Virus record (IMG/VR): IMGVR_UViG_3300032242_000818
Location: 100,718-164,717 of that record
DNA length: 64,000 nt
DNA from: a virus
Strand: one strand, 5' to 3'
Below, one piece after another: positions 9,484 through 18,194 of this stretch; position 1 is the first letter of the stretch; each line of letters starts with the position of its first letter. Under the pieces are notes generated by a model. That model had not been told where the DNA came from. It made no database searches and saw only the letters and a program-made list of their open reading frames with translations. A program made the position numbers and the translations under genes.

Positions 9484-10071
9484 TTATAGTGGGAAACTAC
9501 CAACTGGAGTATCAACAGAAACATTAACACCAAAGCCAGCAGCTGCGCCAGTAGCAGATGTAAAGAAGTTGTATTGGAACTCTACATCAAACTGTTCGAT
9601 AGCATTTTGTTGTTCGTAATCTAAACCGATTGCAGAAACAGTAGTTGGATAAGCATCAACAAACTTATAAGTCTTGATAATTGAACCACTACGATCTAAT
9701 TGGTGTACTTGTAAGTCAACTTGGTAATCTTCAGGATTAACACGACCAGAAGTAGTATCATAGTTCTGAATACCAGATTGCCATTGCTCTAGTGCATTAC
9801 GGATACCAAAAGTAGTATCGTTGTAAATTGTCACAGTCCATGGTTGGAATGTACGCTCACCAGCAAAGTTAACTGGGCGACCACGATAGAGAACACCGAT
9901 GTTCTCAATAGTAGAAGCAGGTAACTGAGCAGCTTTACACAAGAACTGTGCACGCTGACCAGCTACTGGACCAAGAGTAACGAAACTTGGAAAGGTTAGT
10001 TCAACACGGAATTGGTTTGGGCGAGCACCGCCACCCAACATCTGCGCTTTAAAATCAGCAATATTTGCCAT
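9484..10071 (-). CDS. gp19: Tail tube protein gp19
   Basis: GGARPNQFRV, FLCKAAQLP, AGERTFQPWTVT. Confidence 0.96.
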   Translation of the reverse strand: MANIADFKAQMLGGGARPNQFRVELTFPSFVTLGPVAGQRAQFLCKAAQLPASTIENIGVLYRGRPVNFAGERTFQPWTVTIYNDTTFGIRNALEQWQSGIQNYDTTSGRVNPEDYQVDLQVHQLDRSGSIIKTYKFVDAYPTTVSAIGLDYEQQNAIEQFDVEFQYNFFTSATGAAAGFGVNVSVDTPVGSFPL

Positions 10072-10091
10072 TTATTTCTCCTTAGTTCTTT

Positions 10092-10098
10092 TATTTAT
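10092..10098 (-). promoter_or_regulatory. Late promoter for gp19
   Basis: ATAAATA in gp18/gp19 gap. Confidence 0.6.
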
Positions 10099-10104
10099 CT
10101 ACTA

Positions 10105-12279
10105 TTAAGCACCGACTTCAGTAAAGCTGATAGAAGAACGAGCAGCAATAAAGTTCAGAGTAATGTAGTTGATAGAACGATTTGGCTTAACATAGATGTC
10201 AGCAACAAAGTTATTAGAATCAATAACTTCACCAGTGTTGTTAGATCCATCGCATACTACTTTAAAATCAGTAATACCACGACGACCTTGTACACCACGT
10301 AAGAATGGTTCTACTAGGTTACGGAATTGTGCTTGAGTAAAGCTGTCGTTGAATTCAAACAACTGGAACTTAGCAGCAGTAGCAATTGATTTTTCCATAA
10401 CGATGAATAGACGACGTACGTTAATACGATCGAAAGCAGATGGTTTAGCAAGCAATGTCTTGTCACCGAATAGAACAGTACCTTCACCTGGGAAAGTAAC
10501 AACTGGGTTAACACCAGCAGCGTAAAGAACATCACGATCTGCTTTAGTTGGATTAACTGCCAATTTAACTACGTTCTTAATCTGACCACGATTTAAACCA
10601 CCTGGAGAGAACCATGGGTCATTAGTGTTGTCAGTACGAGCGCATAGACCAGCAACGTCGCCATTCAAAGGAACAAAACGATATACGTCATTGTAACGAT
10701 CGTATTGGTATTTGTAACCAGAATCCATAACAGCATATGAAGTGCTAGAGATTGCATTACGGAAAGCAACTAGAGGAGTTGTGGCAGTAGAGCCATTTCC
10801 AGTAATCGGAGCACCAGTAGACAAGTTTTGTGGAGATACGAATGCTACGCAGTCAAGACGTGTTTCACAGATATTAGAAATAATATACTGAGCAACAGTA
10901 GCAGTAACACCACCGCATGGAACTAAAGAGATGTCATAAGTGGCATCATCAGCATATAATGACCATGCAGTTTGTAGTTGACCATCAGTAGCTGCAAGAT
11001 CATCAACACCACCAGATAGTGAACGATCAATAGGAGCAGATAAGTTTACAAAAGTTTTGGCAGTTGAAGACGTACCCCAATTTGTACCAGAAGTAGGGTG
11101 ATCCATCCAGTAGATATATTTAGAATCACCATTAATTACGTTAGCGTAATAGTTGCTAGTACCATTTGGTAATTTACCATCAGATGATTTAGAAACATAA
11201 GCAAATTTTTCTAAAATAGATCCTGGAACACCAGTCCATAAACCATCTTCATCGATAACGATTACGTGTAATTCGTCTTGTGAACCACCAACACTAGTAG
11301 CCCAAGTAGATGTACCTGGAGCAGTATTAAAGTTAGAAGCGTATGTCCAAGTAGAGAAACCTACTGAATCACACATAGAAACTTTTAATGAGTTACCTAA
11401 TGTTCCTGGATACTTAGCAGCCCACTCACCAACAGTACCTGCGCCTGTTGAGTATGTGTTTAGATAATCTGTGGTATTATTAATTTTTACGCCACCAGTA
11501 GTTACAGCAGCAGTAAATGTAGCACCAGTACCGCCACCACCAGAAATAGTAACTGTAGGAGTAAGAGTATAACCTGTACCTGGATTAGTAATAGTAATAG
11601 AAGCAACAGTAGAAGAAGAGATTGTAACAGTTCCAAGGGTAGCATTAATACCAGAGCCTACGTTACCAAGAGTAGCAGTAGGCGCAGAAGTATATCCTGA
11701 CCCACCAGAAATAACTACGATACCAGTAATTGCGCCACCAGAAACAGTAACAGTACCTGTAGCAGTAGTACCACCAACAACTTGAGGAGCACTAAATGTT
11801 ACGATAACACCAGAAACATATCCTGAACCACCAGCAGAAACAGTTACAGCAGTAACAGCGCCACCAGAAAGAACAGCAGTACCAGTTGCTTGAACACCAC
11901 CAGAAACATCTGGAGTATTAAACGTAACTGTAGGGACAGAAGTATATCCTGATCCAGGAGCAGTTCTAGTTACAGAAGTTACAGTGCCAGATAGAGTAGC
12001 AACAGCATTACGTGCATTAGTTGTATCCGCACGAGTTACTAATAAAGCATTAGTATAAGATAGGAAGTTTGCTGCAGTAAAGAAAGATTTATAATTAACA
12101 TCATTTGGTTTACCAAAGAGAGAAACTAGTTCGTTCTCTGAAGTAACCTGAGTTGGGGACATAACTGGACCCCATTGGAAAGCACCAGCAAAAGCACCAC
12201 GGCTTGTAGATACTGCTGGAACGATCGCTGAAAAATCTTTTTCTACGACTGCAACGCCTGGAGATAATTGGAAAGGCAT
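10105..12279 (-). CDS. gp18: Tail sheath protein gp18 with inserted GSGYT beta-modules
   Basis: SPGVAVVEKD, GAFQWGP, PWFSPGG, FDRINVRRLF, KPNRSINYITLNF. Confidence 0.98.
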   Translation of the reverse strand: MPFQLSPGVAVVEKDFSAIVPAVSTSRGAFAGAFQWGPVMSPTQVTSENELVSLFGKPNDVNYKSFFTAANFLSYTNALLVTRADTTNARNAVATLSGTVTSVTRTAPGSGYTSVPTVTFNTPDVSGGVQATGTAVLSGGAVTAVTVSAGGSGYVSGVIVTFSAPQVVGGTTATGTVTVSGGAITGIVVISGGSGYTSAPTATLGNVGSGINATLGTVTISSSTVASITITNPGTGYTLTPTVTISGGGGTGATFTAAVTTGGVKINNTTDYLNTYSTGAGTVGEWAAKYPGTLGNSLKVSMCDSVGFSTWTYASNFNTAPGTSTWATSVGGSQDELHVIVIDEDGLWTGVPGSILEKFAYVSKSSDGKLPNGTSNYYANVINGDSKYIYWMDHPTSGTNWGTSSTAKTFVNLSAPIDRSLSGGVDDLAATDGQLQTAWSLYADDATYDISLVPCGGVTATVAQYIISNICETRLDCVAFVSPQNLSTGAPITGNGSTATTPLVAFRNAISSTSYAVMDSGYKYQYDRYNDVYRFVPLNGDVAGLCARTDNTNDPWFSPGGLNRGQIKNVVKLAVNPTKADRDVLYAAGVNPVVTFPGEGTVLFGDKTLLAKPSAFDRINVRRLFIVMEKSIATAAKFQLFEFNDSFTQAQFRNLVEPFLRGVQGRRGITDFKVVCDGSNNTGEVIDSNNFVADIYVKPNRSINYITLNFIAARSSISFTEVGA

Positions 12280-12334
12280 TGTAATTCTCCTTGTTAATAA
12301 GTTTTACTTTTAGACAGAAATCTTGTCTACCATT

Positions 12335-12341
12335 TATTTAG
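12335..12341 (-). promoter_or_regulatory. Late promoter for gp18
   Basis: CTAAATA in gp17/gp18 gap. Confidence 0.6.
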
Positions 12342-12356
12342 TTTTTATTGGTTTTC

Positions 12357-13934
12357 TCAAAAATTCAATGGATCTTTTTCGCCATTTCCATCATCATAGA
12401 ACCCAAAGGGAGTAAGTTCATCCTCAATCGCTTGAATCTGTTTCTCGTACATAATAGTTCTTAGGTTTATGTTATTTAGGTCTTTAAAATATGGCTGAGT
12501 TGTAAGCCATCCGAAAAGAACTAAAGGCATAACCAAGTCATCATGGTATCCCTCATCTGCCTCATACGAACCTTTTTTCTCAATAAAAGTAGAGATTTCA
12601 GAGATCGTATCCGCATCAGTGATTAATAATTTATTTTCTTCGACTAAAGACTTGAAGTTATGACACCCAATTCGTTTAATCTTTTTATCAGTGTTAACTC
12701 CAAGTTGTGTTTTACCACCACCGAAACCAGCACCAACATATTGCCCATTAGTATGTCTATTAACAAACAGGATATTCTCATATTCTAATTCATTGTATAT
12801 GATATGGGCAACCTGTTCGCTAACATTTATCTCAATTAAGAGATATGCTTCATTATATTCTTTACCTATTTTGTATAAAATGTTTGGATATAGTAGAGGA
12901 CTAATGTCATTCTTTCTATACTTTGCAACAATTCTATATGGTGATTCAGTAATATCAATAACCTGAAATGCTGAGTAGTCGCCACCAACACCTTTTGCGA
13001 CGTCAGCCACTAAACAATATGTATGACCTTTTTGTGGTCTTACATAAACATCCAATCCATCTTTTTCGTAGATCTTTGGATCAATAGGCATTCTAGCAAT
13101 AACATCGGCATTGATCAATGTTAAACTAGAACCTAAGAATTTACAAGTAACCTCTTGGTTATATTTAAGTTCACCAAGCATTGCCTTTTGTTCAGCTGCC
13201 CATTTTTCATCACGACCTGGAATTTCCCAATAAGGAATAAACAATGGAGTAAAACCATTACGACCATTCTCAGCATCATTCCAGAATTTCCAGAAGTGAT
13301 TATAACCAAGTGGTGTTGAACTCAGCAGAATCTTAGTTGTTTCACCAGCAGAAATAGTTGGGTAAACAGAAGTAAAGAATTCTTCAGCTACGTTATTAGG
13401 AATAATCGCAGCCTCATCAACGTAAAGCATGTTAACAGACTTACCACGGATACCAGAAGTAGAAGTTGCAGCAGTAAATACTTTGCTACCATTTTCTAAT
13501 TCAATATCACCTTTGTTCCAAGTAGTAACACCTTGTTGCATCCAAATAGGCAGCATCTCATACATAGTTTGATAACGATCTAGTACTTCTCTTGCAGATG
13601 GTGCTTTATTAGCCAATATGGCAACAGTTTTATTTGCTTGGAATAAAGTATACCATAAGATATATGCGGCAGAAGTAGTAGTCTTACCTTGTTGACGACC
13701 TTCCATAAGAATGATGCGTCGGTTATTATGAATAACATCCAACTTTTTCTTTTGACACTCATATAACTTAAACAGCTGAAGACCATGGTCAAGCGTAACA
13801 ATATAGCAATAATTTTCTACAAAGTAAATATAATCCTGAGCACATTTCATATACTCACGAATATTATCTGGTGTAAAATCAACAGTAACACCAGCAGCTT
13901 TTAAGTTCGAATTCGAATTATATATTTCTGCCAT
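12357..13934 (-). CDS. gp17: Terminase large subunit gp17
   Basis: GRQQGKTT Walker A, YVDEAA Walker B, DVAKGVGGDYS and HDDLVM nuclease motifs. Confidence 0.98.
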   Translation of the reverse strand: MAEIYNSNSNLKAAGVTVDFTPDNIREYMKCAQDYIYFVENYCYIVTLDHGLQLFKLYECQKKKLDVIHNNRRIILMEGRQQGKTTTSAAYILWYTLFQANKTVAILANKAPSAREVLDRYQTMYEMLPIWMQQGVTTWNKGDIELENGSKVFTAATSTSGIRGKSVNMLYVDEAAIIPNNVAEEFFTSVYPTISAGETTKILLSSTPLGYNHFWKFWNDAENGRNGFTPLFIPYWEIPGRDEKWAAEQKAMLGELKYNQEVTCKFLGSSLTLINADVIARMPIDPKIYEKDGLDVYVRPQKGHTYCLVADVAKGVGGDYSAFQVIDITESPYRIVAKYRKNDISPLLYPNILYKIGKEYNEAYLLIEINVSEQVAHIIYNELEYENILFVNRHTNGQYVGAGFGGGKTQLGVNTDKKIKRIGCHNFKSLVEENKLLITDADTISEISTFIEKKGSYEADEGYHDDLVMPLVLFGWLTTQPYFKDLNNINLRTIMYEKQIQAIEDELTPFGFYDDGNGEKDPLNF

Positions 13935-14684
13935 TTATAAACCTTGGCCAGTCCACTGCTCCGAAGTAACTGTTGCACTAGTCAAATCGCCTTGCGCAAC
14001 ATAAACTCTATGAGCACCAGCAACTTCATTCTCTCCAATATTAGCATTAACCTGAGTAATAATATTTTGACCAGAAACTGGACCGTATAGATTAAGTTTC
14101 ATTTCAAAGTTAAGTGTATGAGTAACAAATCTTCTATCTGTAAATGAACCATCATACTCATCAACAACTGATACACTATTTAAAATAACTGGAACATCCA
14201 TGGTAATCCCCATCTCAGGAACCATGTTAATTGTTAAATTATATTCAGGTGTAAAAGTAGGAAGGATCTGTTCAATAATTTGCATACCATCTTCTTGTGT
14301 TTTTGTTAACACATAAAGGGACAAATCTAAATTATATGGAACAGGGGTATATACAGTTGGCTTAGTTGAAGCAGATGCATCTGATTGAATCTGCTGCATA
14401 CGATTTAGTTTACGAGAAGAATCATAAGTATAACCCATAATCTCAAAAGACATTCTTGGTAAAGAAATCATAGTTGTGTTATTTTCTAAATCAGACTGCT
14501 GATCTAAACGAACTAACCATTTTTCTTTTGGTGCATATGAAAGAGGAACTTGTAAACGCTGAATAGTATCACCATTAACAGAGTCGCCTTGTTTGCGATC
14601 AATATAAACATCGCTGAATAAACGACCGAATGCTACGATCGCCTTTCTTATAGAACCATGATAGTAAACATTTCCATTAAGCAT
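13935..14684 (-). CDS. gp15: Tail sheath stabilizer / terminator gp15
   Basis: AFGRLFSD, VPLSYAPKEK, LPRMSFE, QIIEQILPTFTP. Confidence 0.95.
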   Translation of the reverse strand: MLNGNVYYHGSIRKAIVAFGRLFSDVYIDRKQGDSVNGDTIQRLQVPLSYAPKEKWLVRLDQQSDLENNTTMISLPRMSFEIMGYTYDSSRKLNRMQQIQSDASASTKPTVYTPVPYNLDLSLYVLTKTQEDGMQIIEQILPTFTPEYNLTINMVPEMGITMDVPVILNSVSVVDEYDGSFTDRRFVTHTLNFEMKLNLYGPVSGQNIITQVNANIGENEVAGAHRVYVAQGDLTSATVTSEQWTGQGL

Positions 14685-15606
14685 TGTTTATTTCTCCGAA
14701 TGGATTATGTTCGTCAAAGTTTATTACACCAGTTGCTGCAGTTTTAAATGTATCATTCTCACCAAAACCATCAGAAGATTTATTGATATCAATATCAATG
14801 GTTGTCGTTGCAGCAGCACCACTTCCACCGCCACCAATAAAACTTACAGTTGGAGCAATAGAATAACCAGTACCTGCGTTTGTGATAGTTATCCCAGTAA
14901 TCTTATTTAAAGTTGCACCAGTTGTTCCTCTAATTGCAGTAGCCGCAGCACCGATTCCAGAAGAACTAGTAAATACAACAGTTGGAACAGAAGTATATCC
15001 TGAACCACTATTTGTTAATGTAATAGTATGCACACGACCATGAATGTTTCTAGTAGTATTAGTACTGAATGTTTTAAGAGATTCAAATGCATCAACCTCA
15101 GCAATACCAGTATCAATTCTTTCTGAAGAGTACTGGAATAATTCAACTTGAAGTTTATAAACATATAGTTTACCGAGTTGATAAAATGGATCTAGATGTT
15201 GAACAAATTTAAGTTCAAACAAACCACCAGTAAGCGGGAAGTAAATTAAATCACCTTCATTTGGGCGAGAAGGAATTGTAGTTGCACCATAACGACCAAC
15301 CAATTGATTCCAACGTCTACGAGCAACTACTAAAGTTGCAGACTGTTCAATCATTAAACCAAACTTCTGAATGAAAGCACCCTGACCACCAAATGAGTCT
15401 ACGTTCTCAAAATACATTTCGATAGGAAATGCAGTTTTAAATTGAGAAAGGCGATCTTCACCTAGAACATTATCCTTAGATACTAAGGATCTTGGAATGT
15501 AGAATACCTCATTACCATAAATCTTTAATGATTCAATGATAATATCTTCAATCAGGTACTGTTCGTTTTTAGTTCCCTGAGAAAAATATACATTTACTGT
15601 AGACAT
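14677..15606 (-). CDS. gp14: Neck protein gp14
   Basis: ESLKIYG, YIPR, RPNEGDLIYFP, PFYQLGK, ELFQYSSE. Confidence 0.95.
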   Translation of the reverse strand: MSTVNVYFSQGTKNEQYLIEDIIIESLKIYGNEVFYIPRSLVSKDNVLGEDRLSQFKTAFPIEMYFENVDSFGGQGAFIQKFGLMIEQSATLVVARRRWNQLVGRYGATTIPSRPNEGDLIYFPLTGGLFELKFVQHLDPFYQLGKLYVYKLQVELFQYSSERIDTGIAEVDAFESLKTFSTNTTRNIHGRVHTITLTNSGSGYTSVPTVVFTSSSGIGAAATAIRGTTGATLNKITGITITNAGTGYSIAPTVSFIGGGGSGAAATTTIDIDINKSSDGFGENDTFKTAATGVINFDEHNPFGEINNA

Positions 15607-15607
15607 T

Positions 15608-16573
15608 TTATCCTAAGAAGAATTCTAGCGGAGCTGATTTATTTTGTAATTCGTCTTCTAAGGTTTGAATTTCATTCATGGCTTCAGCATATAACTTATC
15701 GCCATCTAATGTTACGCCACCTGGAAGTTGAAGACCTGTAAATTTCTTTAGGTTAGTACCCCATTGACGTTTGAATTGAGCAGTAGTATAACGCTTGATC
15801 CAGTTTTCATTCCAAACCTTTGAGAACTCAGCTGGGTCAAGAGCACGATATGCTTGAACAATAATATAGTCCCCAAACTGAACATCAGTTGCCCAGTTAA
15901 TATCTAAGTAAAGACGATTTTGTAAACGATTAAAGCGATATAGCGTATGTCCATTCAACTCTAAATCTAACAGAGCCAAATGAGACATAACAGTTTTAAA
16001 GTAAATGATAGATGTAGATGTTAAATCATACAAGTCATTTAAACGTAATTGATATTGCAAATCAAAGATATTCTTAGAAGAAGATGCTTGACCAATGGAT
16101 AGCACTTTTTGTACACCGTAAACAGCATCGGGAATATCTATGTATTTCTTATCGTACTCACCAAGCGTACAAGGAGTACCTGAACCAAGAGTAGCAGTAA
16201 CACCGCCACCAGTAATAGTTTCACCAGCAATAAAAGTACCAACTACGTTTTTAACAAGTAGTGTATTACCAGTAGAAGCAACTGAGTTTTCTCTAGTTAC
16301 TGTTGCCTTTGCGCCAGAAGTCCCACCAACGATTGGTTGTTCTAAACCAAACGATGCAGCATTACCTGTAGTAAGAGTAATAGTTGAAGCGTGGATTTGA
16401 CACTTAAGATATATTTGTTCTATACCCTCATAGTGATATAGACGCCAGTAATCTAGCACCTGATCAATACGATCTTCTAACTGATCATCGTCTACGTTAA
16501 TCTCCAAAACTGGAGCACCTAGATCTCTGAGGCAGTATTGCTTTAGATCTTCTCTACTTGTTGGGATTGCCAT
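15608..16573 (-). CDS. gp13: Neck protein gp13
   Basis: YCLRDLGAPVLEINVDDDQ, KRQWGTNLKKF, LPGGVTLDG. Confidence 0.96.
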   Translation of the reverse strand: MAIPTSREDLKQYCLRDLGAPVLEINVDDDQLEDRIDQVLDYWRLYHYEGIEQIYLKCQIHASTITLTTGNAASFGLEQPIVGGTSGAKATVTRENSVASTGNTLLVKNVVGTFIAGETITGGGVTATLGSGTPCTLGEYDKKYIDIPDAVYGVQKVLSIGQASSSKNIFDLQYQLRLNDLYDLTSTSIIYFKTVMSHLALLDLELNGHTLYRFNRLQNRLYLDINWATDVQFGDYIIVQAYRALDPAEFSKVWNENWIKRYTTAQFKRQWGTNLKKFTGLQLPGGVTLDGDKLYAEAMNEIQTLEDELQNKSAPLEFFLG

Positions 16574-16584
16574 TTAATTATACC

Positions 16585-18171
16585 TTAGATCTTAAATGCG
16601 AGTGCTTCACCTTTAATTACTGCTGTTCCAGAAGAACAAGTAGCATAAATGGTTAGAGTATTGGAAGAAATAGTTGCAGTAAACGTAGTATTAGTTGCAC
16701 CAGTTTGAATTTCAACTGCAGTTAAGTAGTTGTCAGACAAAGTTACGGTAGTACCATCATGAACAAACATTAAACGCAAAACTCTATATGCAGTACCATT
16801 GGTAACTAACATTTCAATAGTGCCACCACGATGAACTGTTTTATCAAAAGTAGTAATAGCAGTTGCACCAGTTCCAGAAGTAGTACCTGTAAATGTTTTT
16901 AAACTTCTAATACTATCTTCAATATCAGAAGTATTAATTTGTGTAATAACTGTTTCAGTATTAACAGTACTAGTTGTACCTTGAACTGTTAAGTTACCAG
17001 CGATAGTAACGCCAGAATTGGTAATACCCATTGCTTTCTGCGCAGCATTACCAGCTACGTTCTGAACAAAGAATTCCAATTCACCGTTGGCAGCACCAGC
17101 AGAAGTTTCTGCTCTGATGTAAGTATATTTGTTAACAGAAGAAACACCACCAAGTGAAGACCAAGCACCAGAAGAATATCCCTCGAAAGAAACTTGATCG
17201 CTATTGTAGCGGATCATACCAGTTGCTGGAGTCCAAGAACGCTGAGCAGTTGTGCCGACTGGAACTTGTAAATAACCAAGAACAGTAATACCAGTAATAC
17301 TACCAGCAGTTGGAGTTGTGCCACCAGTAACTGTAACAGTAATACTTGTTGAAGAAACAATACTTGCAATTACTACGCTAGTAGGTGAATTATATAAAGT
17401 CCCAGTTCCTCCAGTTACTTTAATTTCTTGACCAACAGAAAGACCAGTTGTTGATGACATACCAGTAACTGTTACTGTCCATGGACCAGAACCAGTAATA
17501 TTTGGAGAAGTAATTGTACCATTACCAAAACTACCATTACCCATTATTAGGTTGGTTAAACCAGAGAACGTAGTTACTGTTCCACCAAGAGGAACAGCAG
17601 TAGATCCAAGAATAACTTGACCAGCTGCCCAAGTAGGAGAATAACCAGCACCAGCTGATTGTAAGAACGTACCAGATGCGCCAGCAGTAATGAATGTAGT
17701 TAAAGATGTATCAGACTGAATCAATAACTGACCAGCAGAACCACCAGTAATGTTAGAAGCAGAAGTAGCAGTAGTAGCATTACCAGCAGTAACAGAGGAA
17801 GCGTTAACCCAAACTGGAGAACCTGTACCACCAGAAACTAAAATTTGTCCAGAAGTACCTGCAGCAGAAAGAGCTAAACCAGAAGCACCAGAATAAGCAA
17901 TCGCACCAGCAACACCACTCAATGAAGATCCTGTACCACCATATGCTAACCCAACAGCTGTACCAGTCCAAACAGAACCAGTACTAAAAGTTTTATTGAG
18001 AGCAGTCTGGGCAGTAGTAGTGTTCAGCATAATCGCTGCGCCACCACCAGTCACACCATCGTGAAGTCGGATTGTTTTTACATCGGTATCGATCGAGATC
18101 TCACCATTCGCCCCAGTGAACGCATTGTTCTGGGTAGTAGTTCCTCGTCTAAATTGTACTTGTGTTGACAT
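16585..18171 (-). CDS. Fibre protein with Mtd-N-like N-terminal domain
   Basis: QVQFRRGTT...GEISIDTD...HDG N-terminus, GGTG repeats, GMIRYN motif. Confidence 0.75.
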   Translation of the reverse strand: MSTQVQFRRGTTTQNNAFTGANGEISIDTDVKTIRLHDGVTGGGAAIMLNTTTAQTALNKTFSTGSVWTGTAVGLAYGGTGSSLSGVAGAIAYSGASGLALSAAGTSGQILVSGGTGSPVWVNASSVTAGNATTATSASNITGGSAGQLLIQSDTSLTTFITAGASGTFLQSAGAGYSPTWAAGQVILGSTAVPLGGTVTTFSGLTNLIMGNGSFGNGTITSPNITGSGPWTVTVTGMSSTTGLSVGQEIKVTGGTGTLYNSPTSVVIASIVSSTSITVTVTGGTTPTAGSITGITVLGYLQVPVGTTAQRSWTPATGMIRYNSDQVSFEGYSSGAWSSLGGVSSVNKYTYIRAETSAGAANGELEFFVQNVAGNAAQKAMGITNSGVTIAGNLTVQGTTSTVNTETVITQINTSDIEDSIRSLKTFTGTTSGTGATAITTFDKTVHRGGTIEMLVTNGTAYRVLRLMFVHDGTTVTLSDNYLTAVEIQTGATNTTFTATISSNTLTIYATCSSGTAVIKGEALAFKI

Positions 18172-18194
18172 AGTCTTCCTCTATTTTTGTATAT

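Noticed and set aside
3637-13934. Introns, inteins or homing endonucleases in gp17, gp20, gp23
   Set aside because: ORFs are continuous and of normal length; no intein or endonuclease motifs seen
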